From: the human T2T-CHM13v2.0 reference genome, Homo sapiens
Direction: 5' to 3' (one strand)
Length of the DNA stretch: 64,000 nt
Assembly: GCF_009914755.1 (NCBI RefSeq)
Contig: NC_060927.1
Positions 1 to 18,311 of the stretch are shown here, piece by piece (position 1 is the first letter of the stretch; each line of letters starts with the position of its first letter). The translations under genes were made by a program, and so were the position numbers. The notes beneath the pieces were generated by a model. That model made no database searches, was not told where the DNA came from, and was given only the letters and a program-made list of their open reading frames with translations.

Positions 1-163
1 GACAGGCTGTTTGGGTTCCCCCAGTCCTAGGTCTTCTTTCCCCAGTTGTCTTTCCTTTGTAGCTGTCCTTAGGTTTAGTGTTGGGGTCACAATTTGGAAT
101 TCAACAGAGAGCTTCTGAAGGTAATGGGACAGAAAGGGAGGACAGGAAAGGAGGGAGGAAACA
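1..163 (-). other. PCYT1A: PCYT1A 3' UTR (proximal part; continues off the window)
   Basis: Follows the TAA stop at 166-164 in the terminal exon. Confidence 0.85.
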
Positions 164-412
<249 letters not shown>

Positions 413-971
413 CTACTTAATCATCACTGAAGCATCTAGGACTGGGATAGTCTATGCTGTACTATTTATTTAAGGGTTCTCCCCTGCTGTCATCACCCGG
501 GAAATTCCCCATTCTTCCTCAATAATCTAGTCTAGGATTATTCTAATTTATCCAAACACCTTCACAGACAGATCCTTCCTGATATCTAACCTAGGACTCA
601 CTTGCTCAATCTTTTATTTGGTTGAAAAGACTGCTACTCCTCAAAGACAGAATTCCCACCTTACCTGGGGTTCCTGCTGCAGCTACTTGTAGTGGAGGCT
701 GCTTTCTTTTTATTGTTCTTTATTCTTTCCTTTCCTTCTATCTAAAATCATACCACAGATAAAAGCTGGGCAAGGCGACTTGCTTATCTTGTCACCAGAC
801 TTTAAGGTTGAGAGAGAGCTGGCAAAATTATCTAGGAGAATGTGTAACGTCTTTCTGTAAAGATTTCAAAAACCTTGCTGGGGACAGTTGAAAGATAGTT
901 CTGCCCAGATAAGGGGATAGACTAGATAACTTCTCAGTGTCGATGCCCCTTCCTGCTCAATGATTCTGTCA

Positions 972-1211
<240 letters not shown>

Positions 1212-1878
1212 CTAGATAAAGAAATAACTCTTCTGAGAAATAATGCTCATCCTAAACTTCTCTACCATAAGAGAACGAAAAAACATGGCTCAAGCACTCA
1301 ATTGACACTGTTTTCAGTCTAGAATTTTGCTTTGCTTTAATCTACCCCACTCTCAGCATAATAACAGATAAGATATGCTGTGGATGCACACACAAGAAGT
1401 GGTAATTCTAATATTGTGGGCATTTGGGAATAAACTAAAAATATAGGCTATACCCAGTAACAGGCACGTAGCCAAATAAAGTCAGAGTTTTAAAGATAAA
1501 ACATAAACTTGGAACATAAACATGCGCAGCATGGCCCGAACCTCATTCCAGACGGAGATACAGAGGCAGCTAAAAGATCACTGCACAATACTGCCAAGAA
1601 TAAACTAATTACAATAGATTGAAAGAGAAAATACTAGATCTTTTACTTAATTAATCTGCTTATTGTACTGGATTTTTCCCCTCTATCACTGGCTTATTCT
1701 ATTATTTTAAATGAATTGTGTTTTTTGCTTTTTGTTCCTTTAGTATTTTAAGGTCCATTTACTCATTTGCAAAATGATGATACTCGTTGGTCTTACCAAC
1801 TTTGCTAAAGATAAGGAAAATGGTATAAACCCTCCGGTGGAAGGGAAGGGAGTATTTAGTCAAATGAGAAGTATCCTT

Positions 1879-2605
1879 GGCCAGGCACAGTGGCTCATGC
1901 CTGTAATACCAGCACTTTGGGAAGCCGAAGTGGGAGGACTGCTTGAGGCCAGGAACTCGAGAGCAGCCTGGACAACATAGCAAGACCTCATCTCTACTAA
2001 AAATAAAAATATAAAAAATAAGCTGGGTATGGTGGCCTGTGCCTGTAGTCCCAGCTACTCAGGAGGCTGAGATGGGAGGAGCACTTGAGCCCGGAGGTCA
2101 AGGCTGCAGTAAGCCAAGATTGCGCCACTGTACTCTGGCCTGGATGACTGAGTGTGACTCTATCTCAAAAAAAGAAAAAGAAAAGTACTCTCAAAATTTC
2201 CAGATCATAAAGAGAAAAGGGATTATGTTTAGAATTTTTAAACACCTGATTTTTATGGGAAAAATAAAGCTATAGTAAGTAAATTAACAAGAGCTAGGGT
2301 TTATCTGCCTAGATAAATCATATTTAGATGTAATCATTTTATCCATTCTTATAGCACAATTTACAGAGATGGGAGTAGGTCAGGGAGCATGGTAAACTGG
2401 TTATGTAGAAGACATTAAAGTTAGCAGCTTTCTTCTTTTTAAATCGATTTTATTGAGGTCTAATTTACATACAAAATGTATAGTGTTGGCTGGATACGGT
2501 GGCTCATGCCTGTAATCCCAGCACTTTGCGAGGCCAAGGGGGTCCGATCGCTTGAGGCCAGGAGTTTGAGACCAGCCTGGCAAACGTGGCAAAACCCCAT
2601 CTCTG

Positions 2606-2641
<36 letters not shown>

Positions 2642-2950
2642 AGCCAGGCCTGGTGGCACATGCCTGTAATCACAGCTATTCAGGAGGCTAAGGCACCAGG
2701 AGACAGAGGCTGCAGTGAGCCGAGATCACGCCACTGCACTCCAGCCTCGGTGACAGAGCGAGACCCTGTCTCAAAAAGAAAGAAACACTACATATATATA
2801 TATTTGCATGAATTTTTTTAGTTTTTTTGTTTGTCTGTTTGTTTAGAGATGGGGTCTCGCTATGTTGCCCCCAGACTGGTCTCAAACTCCTGGCCTCAAG
2901 CAGTCCTCCCGCCTCAGCCTCCCAAAGTACAGGCATGAACTACCATGCCC
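1879..2950. mobile_element. Alus: ~1879-2180(+), ~2488-2785(+), monomer ~2845-2950(-)
   Basis: Alu consensus motifs and A tails. Confidence 0.9.
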
Positions 2951-3330
2951 AGAAAAATATATAGAGTTTCTAAAAGGCAATATTAAGCTAAGATAAACTT
3001 AACTTTCGTCAATCCAAATTTAAAACTCAGGTCTGTGTGGGAAGTGGTGTGTCGGGTGTCACTATCCACACGAGGAGGGCTCATAGCCTTTCGCAGGTTC
3101 CCAAGACATCATCCAACCGAAGAAGAGAGAGGAAGTTTAAGAGACACCGTTTTCCATTTATTGACAGAAATACTGCACTATATAAATTACTCATTTATTT
3201 AGTTGGCTGTATGGCTTTATACGAATGTGTTGGTACCAGACCGTAACGGCAGAAACTGTCTGTTTCATTCTTTTTGTGAACAGTTAACATAGTGGTAATT
3301 CATTCACTGAACTTTTGGGAGTGATCATCA

Positions 3331-3663
<333 letters not shown>

Positions 3664-4032
3664 TCAAAAAGCAGAATCTGTTATTACTAAATGAAACTGA
3701 AAGATACTGATATACAGAAGGTAGACCGAATCAAAGGCCAGAGGTAAGGCAAAGAAGAGTTACATAGCCCTAATATTAAGAAAAATATGAGAAAGGGTTT
3801 CCTGAAATTAAGAGAGATATCCAAAGTATATGTTTAGACCAAGAATTGATGGATGTCATGAACTGACGACAAAGAATTGATGGGTGCTATGCTCATCTTT
3901 ACCTTTTATCCAAAATGTGGCCTGAAAGAGGATGTTGAATTTCTAATGTACACATTTTCCTCTGTAAAGCAGCAACATGGCTGAACATCTGCAGCTGCCC
4001 TGAGATCCCCTACAGTGAGGAAGCACAGCTCA

Positions 4033-4173
<141 letters not shown>

Positions 4174-4521
4174 TCAATGTTCTCAGGCCCAGAAAAAGGA
4201 CAATAGGCAGAGGCCAGGCCTCAGTGGACTTCATATCTCTCTTTGCTTTGCTCATAAATTCTACAATCTATTCACAAACCACCCAACCTAATGATTTATG
4301 GAGTATACATATGAAGTTAGCCAGCTGCTTTTGTAGCTATTTCTCCTAGTCTGCTAGAACTGTTACCCTCACTCTGTATACCAGTCATCTTGCTGTGGTC
4401 AATAGGGCCAGAGGGTTTGCTGGTGAACCGGTTAGTGGGTGGAGCCTAGGAAAGAAGGAAATCTCCCTGTCCTGGGTCTGGAAGGATTTGGTCAAATAAG
4501 GGTTTCTAAAAGTATGAGAAA

Positions 4522-4841
<320 letters not shown>

Positions 4842-4967
4842 TTAACTAGTTTCTCTCAGTCCGTGAGAAAAGAGGGAATATAAAAATAGCAACCACGAGC
4901 CCTCTGACTGGAATAGATACATCTATTGGCCTGAGAAATACAAACCGAAGGCCATAAGAGAAGTTTT

Positions 4968-6596
4968 CTCCCTCTCCCCTCTCCCTTCTCCCCTCTCCCC
5001 TCTCCCTCTCCCCACGGTCTCCCTCTCCCTCTCTTTCTATGGTCTCCCTCTGATGCCGAGCGGAAGCTGGACTGTACTGCCGCCATCTCTGCTCACTGCA
5101 ACCTCCCTGCCTGATTCTCCTGCCTCAGCCTGCCCAGTGCCTGCCATTGCAGGCGCACGCCGCCACGCCTGACTGGTTTTCGTATTTTTTTGGTGGAGAC
5201 AGGGTTTTGCTGTGTTGGCCGGGCTGGTCTCCAGCTCCTAACCGCGAGTGATCCGCCAGCCTCGGCCTCCCGAGGTGCCGGGATTGCAGACGGAGTCTCG
5301 TTCACTCAGTGCTCAATGCTGCCCAGGCTGGAGTGCAGTGGCGTGATCTCGGCTCGCTACAACCTCCACCTCCCAGCCGCCTGCCTTGGCCTCCCAAAGT
5401 GCTGAGACTGCAGCCTCTGCCCGGCCGCCACCCCGTCTGGGAAGTGAGGAGCGTCTCTGCCTGGCCGCCCATCGTCTGGGATGTGAGGAGCCCCTCTGCC
5501 CGGCCGCCCAGTCTGGGAAGTGAGGAGCGCCTCTTCCCGGCCGCCCATCGTCTGAGATGTGGGGAGCGCCTCTGCCCCGCCGCCCCATCTGGGATGTGAG
5601 GAGCGCCTCTGCCAGGCCACGACCCCGTCTGGGAACTGAGGAGTGTCTCTGCCCGACCGCCACCCAGTCTTGGAGGTGAGGAGCGCCTCTGCCCGGCCAC
5701 GACCCCGTCTGGGATGTGAGGAGCGTCTCTGCCTGGCCGCCCATCGTCTGGGATGTGAGGAGCCCCTCTGCCCGGCTGCCCAGTCTGGGAAGTGAGGAGC
5801 GCCTCCTCCCCGCCGCCATCCCGTCTAGGAAGTGAGGAGCGTCTCTGCCCGGCCGCCCATCGTCTGAGATGTGGGGAGCGCCACTGCCCCGCCGCCCCGT
5901 TTGGGATGTGAGGAGCTCCTCTGCCCGGCCGCGACCCGGTCTGGGAAGTGAGGAGCGTCTCCGCCCGGCAGCCACCCCGTCCGGGAGGTGAGGGGCGCCT
6001 CTGCCCGGCCGCCCCTACTGGGAGGTGAGGAGCCCCTCTGCCTGGCCACCACCCCGTCTGGGAGGTGTACCCAACAGCTCATTGAGAACGGGCCATGATG
6101 ACGATGGCGGTTTTGTCGAATAGAAAAGGGGGAAATGTGGGGAAAAGATAGAAAAATCAGATTGTTGCTGTGTCTGTGTAGAAAGAAGTAGACATGGGAG
6201 ACTCAATTTTGTTCTGTACTAAGAAAAATTCTTCTGCCTTGGGATCCTGTTGATCTGTGACCTTACCCCCAACCCTGTGCTCTCTGAAACATGTGCTGTG
6301 TCCACTCAGGGTTAAATGGATTAAGGGCGGTGCAAGATGTGCTTTGTTAAACAGATGCTTGAAGGCAGCATGCTCGTTAAGAGTCATCACCACTCCCTAA
6401 TCTCAAGTACCCAGGGACACAAACACTGCAGAAGGCCGCAGGGCCCTCTGCCTAGGAAAACCAGAGACCTTTGTTCACTTGTTTATCTGCTGACCTTCCG
6501 TCCACTATTGTCCTATGACCCTGCCAAATCCCCCTCTGCGAGAAACACCCAAGAATGATCAATAAAAATACATAAATAAATAAATAAATAAATAAA
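4968..6596 (+). mobile_element. Full-length SVA retrotransposon (probably an older subfamily such as SVA_B/C), antisense to PCYT1A
   Basis: CCCTCT hexamers, Alu-like domain, GC-rich VNTR (~5420-6060), SINE-R, AATAAA and (TAAA)n tail; TSD AGAAGTTTT at 4959-4967 and 6597-6605. Confidence 0.93.
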
Positions 6597-6631
6597 AGAA
6601 GTTTTATCCTCAGGATCTATCATTTCACTAC

Positions 6632-8051
<1,420 letters not shown>

Positions 8052-8303
8052 TAAAAGGAGGTAAGGGGTTGATAATAACTTACTGAGAAACAGTGAGAAA
8101 TATCCTTGATTTCTGATTCCACCCAATTTCTAGCATAAGATCAAAGCCCTGAAATGAAACTTAAGCCAAGAAAAGTCTATGTTAATCCGTCTTATTTCCT
8201 GGTAATGTGACCGTCTTCAGAGTTCACCTGGGGCTATGGATATTCTCAGGAGACTGGCATGTTCTAAGGGTAGATGTGCCTATGGTGTGGGGGGAAGGTC
8301 TCG

Positions 8304-8547
8304 TAACTGGTGAGTTCAGTTCCCAGCCCTGCCAGTGGTGTAACTTGTGGCGAGTTCAGTTCCCAGCCCTGCCAGTGGTGTAATTTGTGGCGAGTTCAGT
8401 TCCCAGCCCTGCCAGTGGTGTAACTTGTGGCGAGTTCAGTTCCCAGCCCTGCCAGTGGTGTAACTTGTGGCGAGTTCAGTTCCCAGCCCTGCCAGTGGTG
8501 TAACTTGTGGCGAGTTCAGTTCCCAGCCCTGCCAATGGTGTAACTTG
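8304..8547. repeat. 40-bp minisatellite, ~6 copies (TAACTTGTGGCGAGTTCAGTTCCCAGCCCTGCCAGTGGTG)
   Basis: Units start at 8341, 8381, 8421, 8461 and 8501, plus a variant first copy; near-identical. Confidence 0.95.
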
Positions 8548-8854
8548 GAGCAGGTTATTTGGTTTCTCTAGCCCTTGTTACTCATATGTAAAGCGGAAAT
8601 GACAAACACACCACAGGATTGCTGTGGGCAGAAAATGGAATAGAATGGATGTAAAAGTGCTTGCAAACCATCCAGCCCCATATAAACGTCAGGGGTGACT
8701 GTTATCACTAGTAATATCACTGTCATCTCCTACGAAACTTACATAAGAGGTAGAAGTAAAACACGGCTAGTGGAAAACCAGCCTACGTGCCAGCAGCTTT
8801 GAGAGTTGAGGGGATTCTGAAACAAGGAATGGGAATATGTGTCCAGTTTCTTAC

Positions 8855-9006
8855 CCGGTGTTCGGCCAGGAACTCGGGTGTCAGCGTCCAGGGCGCATTC
8901 CTCACCACCTCATCCACGTAGCGGCAGTGCTGGACTGCGTCATAGCGCTCATTCTCGTTCATCACCGTGAAGCCTTTGAAGTTGTGTGTGAGCTCATCAC
9001 TGCAAA
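8855..9006 (-). CDS. PCYT1A: PCYT1A coding exon 4 ([12 protein letters not shown]...RYVDEV...FLAEHR)
   Basis: 152 nt; RYVDEV motif; AG at 9008-9007, GTAAG donor at 8854. Confidence 0.97.
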
Positions 9007-9593
9007 CTGGTTCACCACATCATAAATTGTGTGTTGGAGTCCTCTTTGCTTAGCACCTCCTCAGCCACCGACCTCTCCCATCTTCTCCCACTGCTTAGGA
9101 CTGCAACCATCTTCCCCAACTGGAAAAAAGTCTTCTAAAGGTGGTTGAACCTGGGTGATAACGCTTTTCCTAATGCAGCGTATACCTTCAGGAGCAACAC
9201 TCACTAAACAGTATGTTCATACTTTGGAGAAGGGACAGTACAACAGGTGACCAAGATCTTTGACTCTGAAATAAACCTGCTGTGCGTGTCTGCATCAATT
9301 AAGTCCTTAAACATGTTTTCCTGTTTTATTCACACTGGACTGGACCACCTAACATTTCCTTGGCAGACTTTTGTACTCCAGTTAATTCAAAATGATAAAC
9401 TGAAATCTAAAGCAAATGTTTTAAAGTGGACAACGGAAGTCACGGCTGCTCCTGTGACCACAGAAACTCAGCTACAAGCAGTGAATAAATGCCAGATGGC
9501 ACAGTCGAGGAGCTTGAAGCTCCTCTCTCCAGGTTTAGTTTGCTGGTACCCATATACTTCATGTGTGTTAGAGAGGCTGTACTACATCCTTCA

Positions 9594-10927
<1,334 letters not shown>

Positions 10928-11244
10928 ATAAAGAGATTTTTGACATCATCATCTGCACTAACTGCCTCTGTTAGCCTGGTTGTACCAAACTTTTCAGGCA
11001 CAACAAATAACAGAGAACTGTCAACTTAGAAGCCAGGAAATGATTTCCCGGGGAACAAGACTAATTCCAAAGTGAAATAAACATTAAAAACAGAATCAGC
11101 ATAATGGTCCATCATGCTTTAAATAATAAATCTAAGGAGTCCATGTAACTTATTCCCTTTCTGTGAATAAAGGAAGAGCTATTTTACTGCAGCAGAAACT
11201 GACAGGAGCATTTACATCATTTGGGAAAGATAGGTCAAAGTGTC

Positions 11245-12879
11245 ATCAGATACACTATGCTGAGGTTGAGGATCAGATACACCATGCCGAGGCTGAGGAC
11301 CAGATACACTATGCTGAGGCTGAGGACCAGATACACTATGCTGAGGCTGAGGACCAGATACACTATGCTGAGGCTGAGGACCAGATACACTATGCTGAGG
11401 CTGAGGACCAGATACACTATACTGAGGCTGAGGACCAGATACACCATGCTGAGGTTGAGTACCACATACACTATGCTGAGGATCAGGTACACCATGCCGA
11501 GGCTGAGGACCAGATACACCATGCCGAGGCTGAGGACCAGATACACCATGCCGAGGCTGAGGACCAGATACACCATGCCGAGGCTGAGGACCAGGTACAC
11601 CATGCCGAGGCTGAGGACCAGGTACACCATGCCGAGGCTGAGGACCAGGTACACCATGCCGAGGCTGAGGACCAGGTACACCATGCCGAGGCAGAGGACC
11701 AGGTACACCATGCCGAGGCTGAGGACCAGGTACACCATGCCGAGGCTGAGGACCAGATACACCATGCCGAGGCGAGGACCAGATACACTATGCTGAGGCT
11801 GAGGATCAGATACACTATGCTGAGGATCAGATACACTATGCTGAGGCTGAGGATCAGATACACTATGCTGAGGCTGAGGACCAGATACACTATGCTGAGG
11901 CTGAGGATCAGATACACTATGCTGAGGATCAGATACACTATGCTGAGGCTGAGGATCAGATACACTATGCTGAGGCTGAGGACCAGATACACTATGCTGA
12001 GGACCAGATACACTATGCTGAGGCTGAGGATCAGATACACTATGCTGAGGTTGAGGACCAGATACACTATGCTGAGGCTGAGGATCAGATACACTATGCT
12101 GAGGACCAGATACACTATGCTGAGGCTGAGGATCAGATACACTATGTTGAGGTTGAGGATCAGATACACCATGCTGAGGTTGAGGATCAGATACACTATG
12201 CTGAGGCTGAGGATCAGATACACTATGCTGAGGCTGAGGATCAGATATATTATGCCGAGGTTGAGGACCAGATACACTATGCTGAGGATCAGATACACTA
12301 TGCTGAGGTTGAGGACCAGATACACTATGCTGAGGATCAGATACACCATGCTGAGGTTGAGGATCAGATACACTATGCTGAGGCTGAGGACCAGATACAC
12401 CATGCTGAGGCTGAGGACCAGATACACTATGCTGAGGATCAGATACACTATGCTGAGGTTGAGGACCAGATACCCTATGCTGAGGCTGAGGACCAGATAC
12501 ACCATGCTGAGGCTGAGGACCAGATACACCATGCTGAGGCTGAGGACCAGATACACCATGCTGAGGCTGAGGACCAGATACACCATGCTGAGGCTGAGGA
12601 TCAGATACACCATGCTGAGGCTGAGGACCAGATACACCATGCTGAGGCTGAGGATCACATACACCATGCTGAGGCTGAGGACCAGATACACCATGCTGAG
12701 GCTGAGGACCAGATACACCATGCTGAGGCTGAGGACCAGATACACCATGCTGAGGTTGAGGACCAGATACACCATGCTGAGGTTGAGGATCAGATACACT
12801 ATGCTGAGGCTGAGGACCAGATACACTATGCTGAGGCTGAGGATCAGATACACCATGCTGAGGTTGAGGATCAGATACA
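11245..12879. repeat. 27-bp minisatellite (GAGGACCAGATACACTATGCTGAGGCT) with 21-bp variants, roughly 60 units
   Basis: Read directly; it generates the periodic ORFs at 11163-12905. Confidence 0.97.
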
Positions 12880-13533
12880 TCTCCTTCCTGTCTTCAGGGC
12901 AATGAATGAAGGAGAAGGAAAGTAGTTCTCAGGAGGTTTATGAATTTTTGTTTTCAAAAAGCTTTACTCATAAATAAGTAGATTTTAAACCAAGAAATCA
13001 TACACTGCTGAAAGGAGTATCAGCAACTTTCAAGAAGGGCAATTAGGTCGTATCTATCAAAAGACAAACGACAAATGCTTATAGCTGTGGCCCAGCTTTT
13101 CTAATTCTGGGAATTATCTCACAGTAAATATAGATGTTATTCATTGCAGTACTGTTTATAATAGCAACAGTCAGGAAACGACCTACATTTCAACGGAAGA
13201 TTGAATATAGCATAATACACCCACTAAAAGGTGGGAGGATATATAAACAATTTACTTAGATATTCACAGAAATGGGTAATATTGGTGGCCTGTTATAGGG
13301 ATACCAGGTGGCTGTGAGACAGGTCTTGAGAGGGAGACATTTTACTTTATGCCCTTTTTGTATTTTATGGATATTAAACTGTGGGAATGTATTGATTTCA
13401 CTTGATTTGATTTTTTGAGACAGGGTCTGGCTCTGTCACCCTGGCTGGAGTGCAGTGGCATGGTCTCAGATCACTGAAACCTCCACCTCCCAGGCTCAAA
13501 TGATCCTCCCGCCTCAGCCTCCCGAGAAGCTGG

Positions 13534-13678
13534 GACTACAGCGCACACCACCACGCCCCGCTGACTACAGCGCACCCCGCCACGCCCCGCAGACTACAGC
13601 GCACCCCGCCACGCCCCACTGGCTACAGTGCACACCGCCACGCCCCACTGGCTACAGCGCACACCACTACGCTCAGCT
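13534..13678. repeat. 29-bp x5 tandem repeat inside an Alu
   Basis: GACTACAGCGCACACCACCACGCCCCGCT-like units at 13534, 13563, 13592, 13621 and 13650. Confidence 0.9.
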
Positions 13679-13841
13679 GATTTTTGTATTTTTTGTACAG
13701 ATGGGGTTTCACATGTTGCCCAAGCTAGTTGTATTTTTATTTATTTATTTATTTGAGATGGAGTCTTGCTCTGTTGCCCAGGCTGGAGTGTGGTGACATG
13801 ATCTAGGCTCACTGCAACCTCTGCCTCCTGGGTTCAAGTGA

Positions 13842-14051
<210 letters not shown>

Positions 14052-14480
14052 TAATACAGGAAATAAAAATTTTAAATTAAATATACCAATCCAATGAAAA
14101 ACTAAGAATTAATTAATGGATTTAAGAGTCAGAAAGGTCATAGCTCAAGCTTTGACCAAGCTTTCCAACCAGCTTTCTTCCTCTGTAACCTTAACTTCCT
14201 TATGCCTCAGTTTTCTCATCTATGAGAGAAAGCAGGCTGGGTACAGTAGCTCACACCTGTAATTCCAGCACCTTGGGAGACCAAGGTAGGAGGACTGCTT
14301 GAGCCCAGGAGTCTGAGACCAGCCTGGGCAACACAGTGAAACCCTATCTCTATTAAAATTATTTTTTACTGCCAGCATGTGTCAACTAAAAAAAAAGAAG
14401 AAAAAAATATTTTTAAAAAGATAATTTTTAATAAGACAAAGCAAAATAAAACAAAATTTGAGCATATAATCCCCCTTCTA

Positions 14481-14893
<413 letters not shown>

Positions 14894-15357
14894 CTAAACA
14901 AGTCCAGAGGGGCTATGATCTCACACTATTCGATCCTGAAACACAAGGGATAGAATATACAAATGAAGACTACTTTGTTGTTTCTTTGCTACTAGACAGC
15001 ATACAGCAGGGAAATTTTGCTCAAGAAACACATTGCCTGGATGGTGGCAATAGCACAGAATGCTGTTGATCAAGTGGCTGCTTGCAGCACAGCTAATCAT
15101 CCTATGTTAGGCCAAGTAGATCACTGAACCTTTTCTCAGACCAATCCCAGATGCGCCTCTTGCTCTCTCCAGTGCTTCCCCAGCCTACCAACATCTCAAC
15201 TGGCCACCATTCCATCCCAAGTCTTTGGCAAACCCAGGCTGATATATTAACCAAACGGCCAGAAGGGGTCACTGTTGAACTAGTCTGGGAAGAAAGCTAG
15301 CGTTAGCCATTCTTTTACCAAGTGGCTATTGGCCAGGATAAACACACCCCTGATTTA

Positions 15358-15520
15358 ATGTATGTTATAGTATATATAATCATATTTATATAAATTATAT
15401 ACTTTTAATATAATTTTTCCTGTTTCTATTATATAATGTACTATATAATACATATTTAATATCATTTATATATTATGCATATATTACATATGTATATATG
15501 TTATATAGATAGATAGATAG
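15358..15520. repeat. AT-rich degenerate (TA)n / (TAGA)n low-complexity tract
   Basis: Read directly. Confidence 0.85.
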
Positions 15521-15863
15521 ATTTTTTTTTTTTGAGACGGAGTCTCACTCTGTCGCCCAGGCTAGAGTGCAGTGACGTGACCTAGGCTCACTGCAACCTC
15601 TGCCTCCCAGGCTCAAGTGATTCTCCTGTCTCAGCCTCCTGAATAGCTGGGATTACAGGTGTGTGCCACCACGCCTGGCTAATTTTTTATATTTTTAGTA
15701 GAGACGGGGTTTCACCATGTTAGCCAGGATGGTCTCGATCTCCTGACCTTATGATCCACCCACCTCAGCTTTCCAAAGTGCTGGGATTACAGGTGTGAGT
15801 CACTGTACCTGGCCTATATATATATTTTTTTAATTTTTATTTATGTATTTATTTATTTTTTAA

Positions 15864-16010
<147 letters not shown>

Positions 16011-16999
16011 TAAAATTTTTGTAGAGATGGGATCTCACTGTATTGCCCAGGCTGGCCTTGAATTCCTAGCCTCAAGCAATCCTTCTGCCTTGGCCTCCCA
16101 AAGTGCTGGGATTATAGGCATGAGCCACCACACTCAACCTCTGTATATTATTAACAGCAACTCCCTTTCATGCTCAAAACCGTCCTGATTTGGATGATAA
16201 ATTATATGGTTTATGTGGGTTATGAATTATACGCTGCACCACTGGTGACTAAGTAACCATATGTCCTCCTTTAGGCAGAAGAAACCTGGGTTTCAGTTAA
16301 TGATCTCTTTTGATAGATTTACTCTCCCAAATACCTACCACCGAAACATTCTGTTCCTAACATTTCCATTGCCCTTCACACTCTCCCTTTTCCTTCCTTT
16401 CTCTGAGTTAAACATATTGCTGATTTTTTTCATCTCCCAAAAGATTCCTAGAGCTGACCTTCTTGTCTCTCAAATCATATTTGTTTTTCTCTAAGTAGAG
16501 AATCTTCTCCTAGATTATACAACCTCCCTCGTAAAAACCTGGGGAGCAGGAGGGAGGTGTTGAAACTTCACTAGAGCAGGTGCATTCTTTATTGCTTTAT
16601 TCCTTGTCCTGCACTGGCATGAATGCAGTTACCTACTTGGTGATTTAACATAAAACAGTCAGACAAAATGAGATCTAAGAGAAAAACCAGAGTTCAAATT
16701 AAGCTGGCAAATTTATAGGCTAATTTGTGGCTGTTTGTTCCACCAAAAATACAATTATTTTGCTGAAGGCCTTCTATTCTAATGCTTACAATGAGTAGCA
16801 CCATTCCCGGGTGAGGTTTGAGCTGCAATTCTATTCCACTAATCATCCGTTTTACTGTAGGGGAAGCCTTCGCTTCTTGGTTACTATGGACCTTAATTGC
16901 TTTATGTACTTAATGAAGAAACTATAAAGTAGATAATCTTGAAAATGACTTATTTGTAAAATCCTATAATTCTAAAATTAAAAACAATTATACCAGTCA

Positions 17000-17229
<230 letters not shown>

Positions 17230-17717
17230 TCAAATTTTATGTACCACAAATGATATATAGACAAATTAGCAACAAACTGGATAATGCAACCCATCAGATC
17301 AAATCTAAATGAATAGCTGATTGTAAATGTGTGTCATTAGAGAGTATGTAAAAAGTTCTTGCTTTCAATAGCCTCTACTATCACATCTGAATGTGAACCC
17401 TGAACTATCTTCTGGCGTTTTGAAGTTAGACCTGGCTACCATTACACAATCCATAGTCTCTGGTTTTCTTTGTCATTTTACCCTGCCTCCAGGAGCCTAC
17501 CTATTACCCAAATAAGGGAAGCCAAACTCAAAAATCTTATCATGAATCAGAAGGTTGTGATCAATATGAACTATATCTACACATTTTTTCAAAAGGAAAG
17601 GATTCTCTGGAATTAGCCTCTTTTTTGTTGAGGACCCCAAACCCACAATACATATACCCAAGATAAGGCCAAAGGATAGGTGTTAAAATTCCCGGCATTG
17701 GCCGGCGCGGTGGCTCA

Positions 17718-18311
<594 letters not shown>

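Noticed and set aside
5093-6558. Overlapping ORFs up to 220 aa
   Set aside because: GC-rich SVA VNTR and SINE-R sequence; non-coding.
8304-8547. CRISPR-like array
   Set aside because: Units are contiguous with no unique spacers, there are no cas genes, and the context is human intronic DNA.
11163-12905. 580-aa and 465-aa ORFs as genuine protein-coding genes
   Set aside because: Explained by a 3n-length VNTR; open in several frames on both strands; intronic, with no supporting gene structure. Kept only as a finding.
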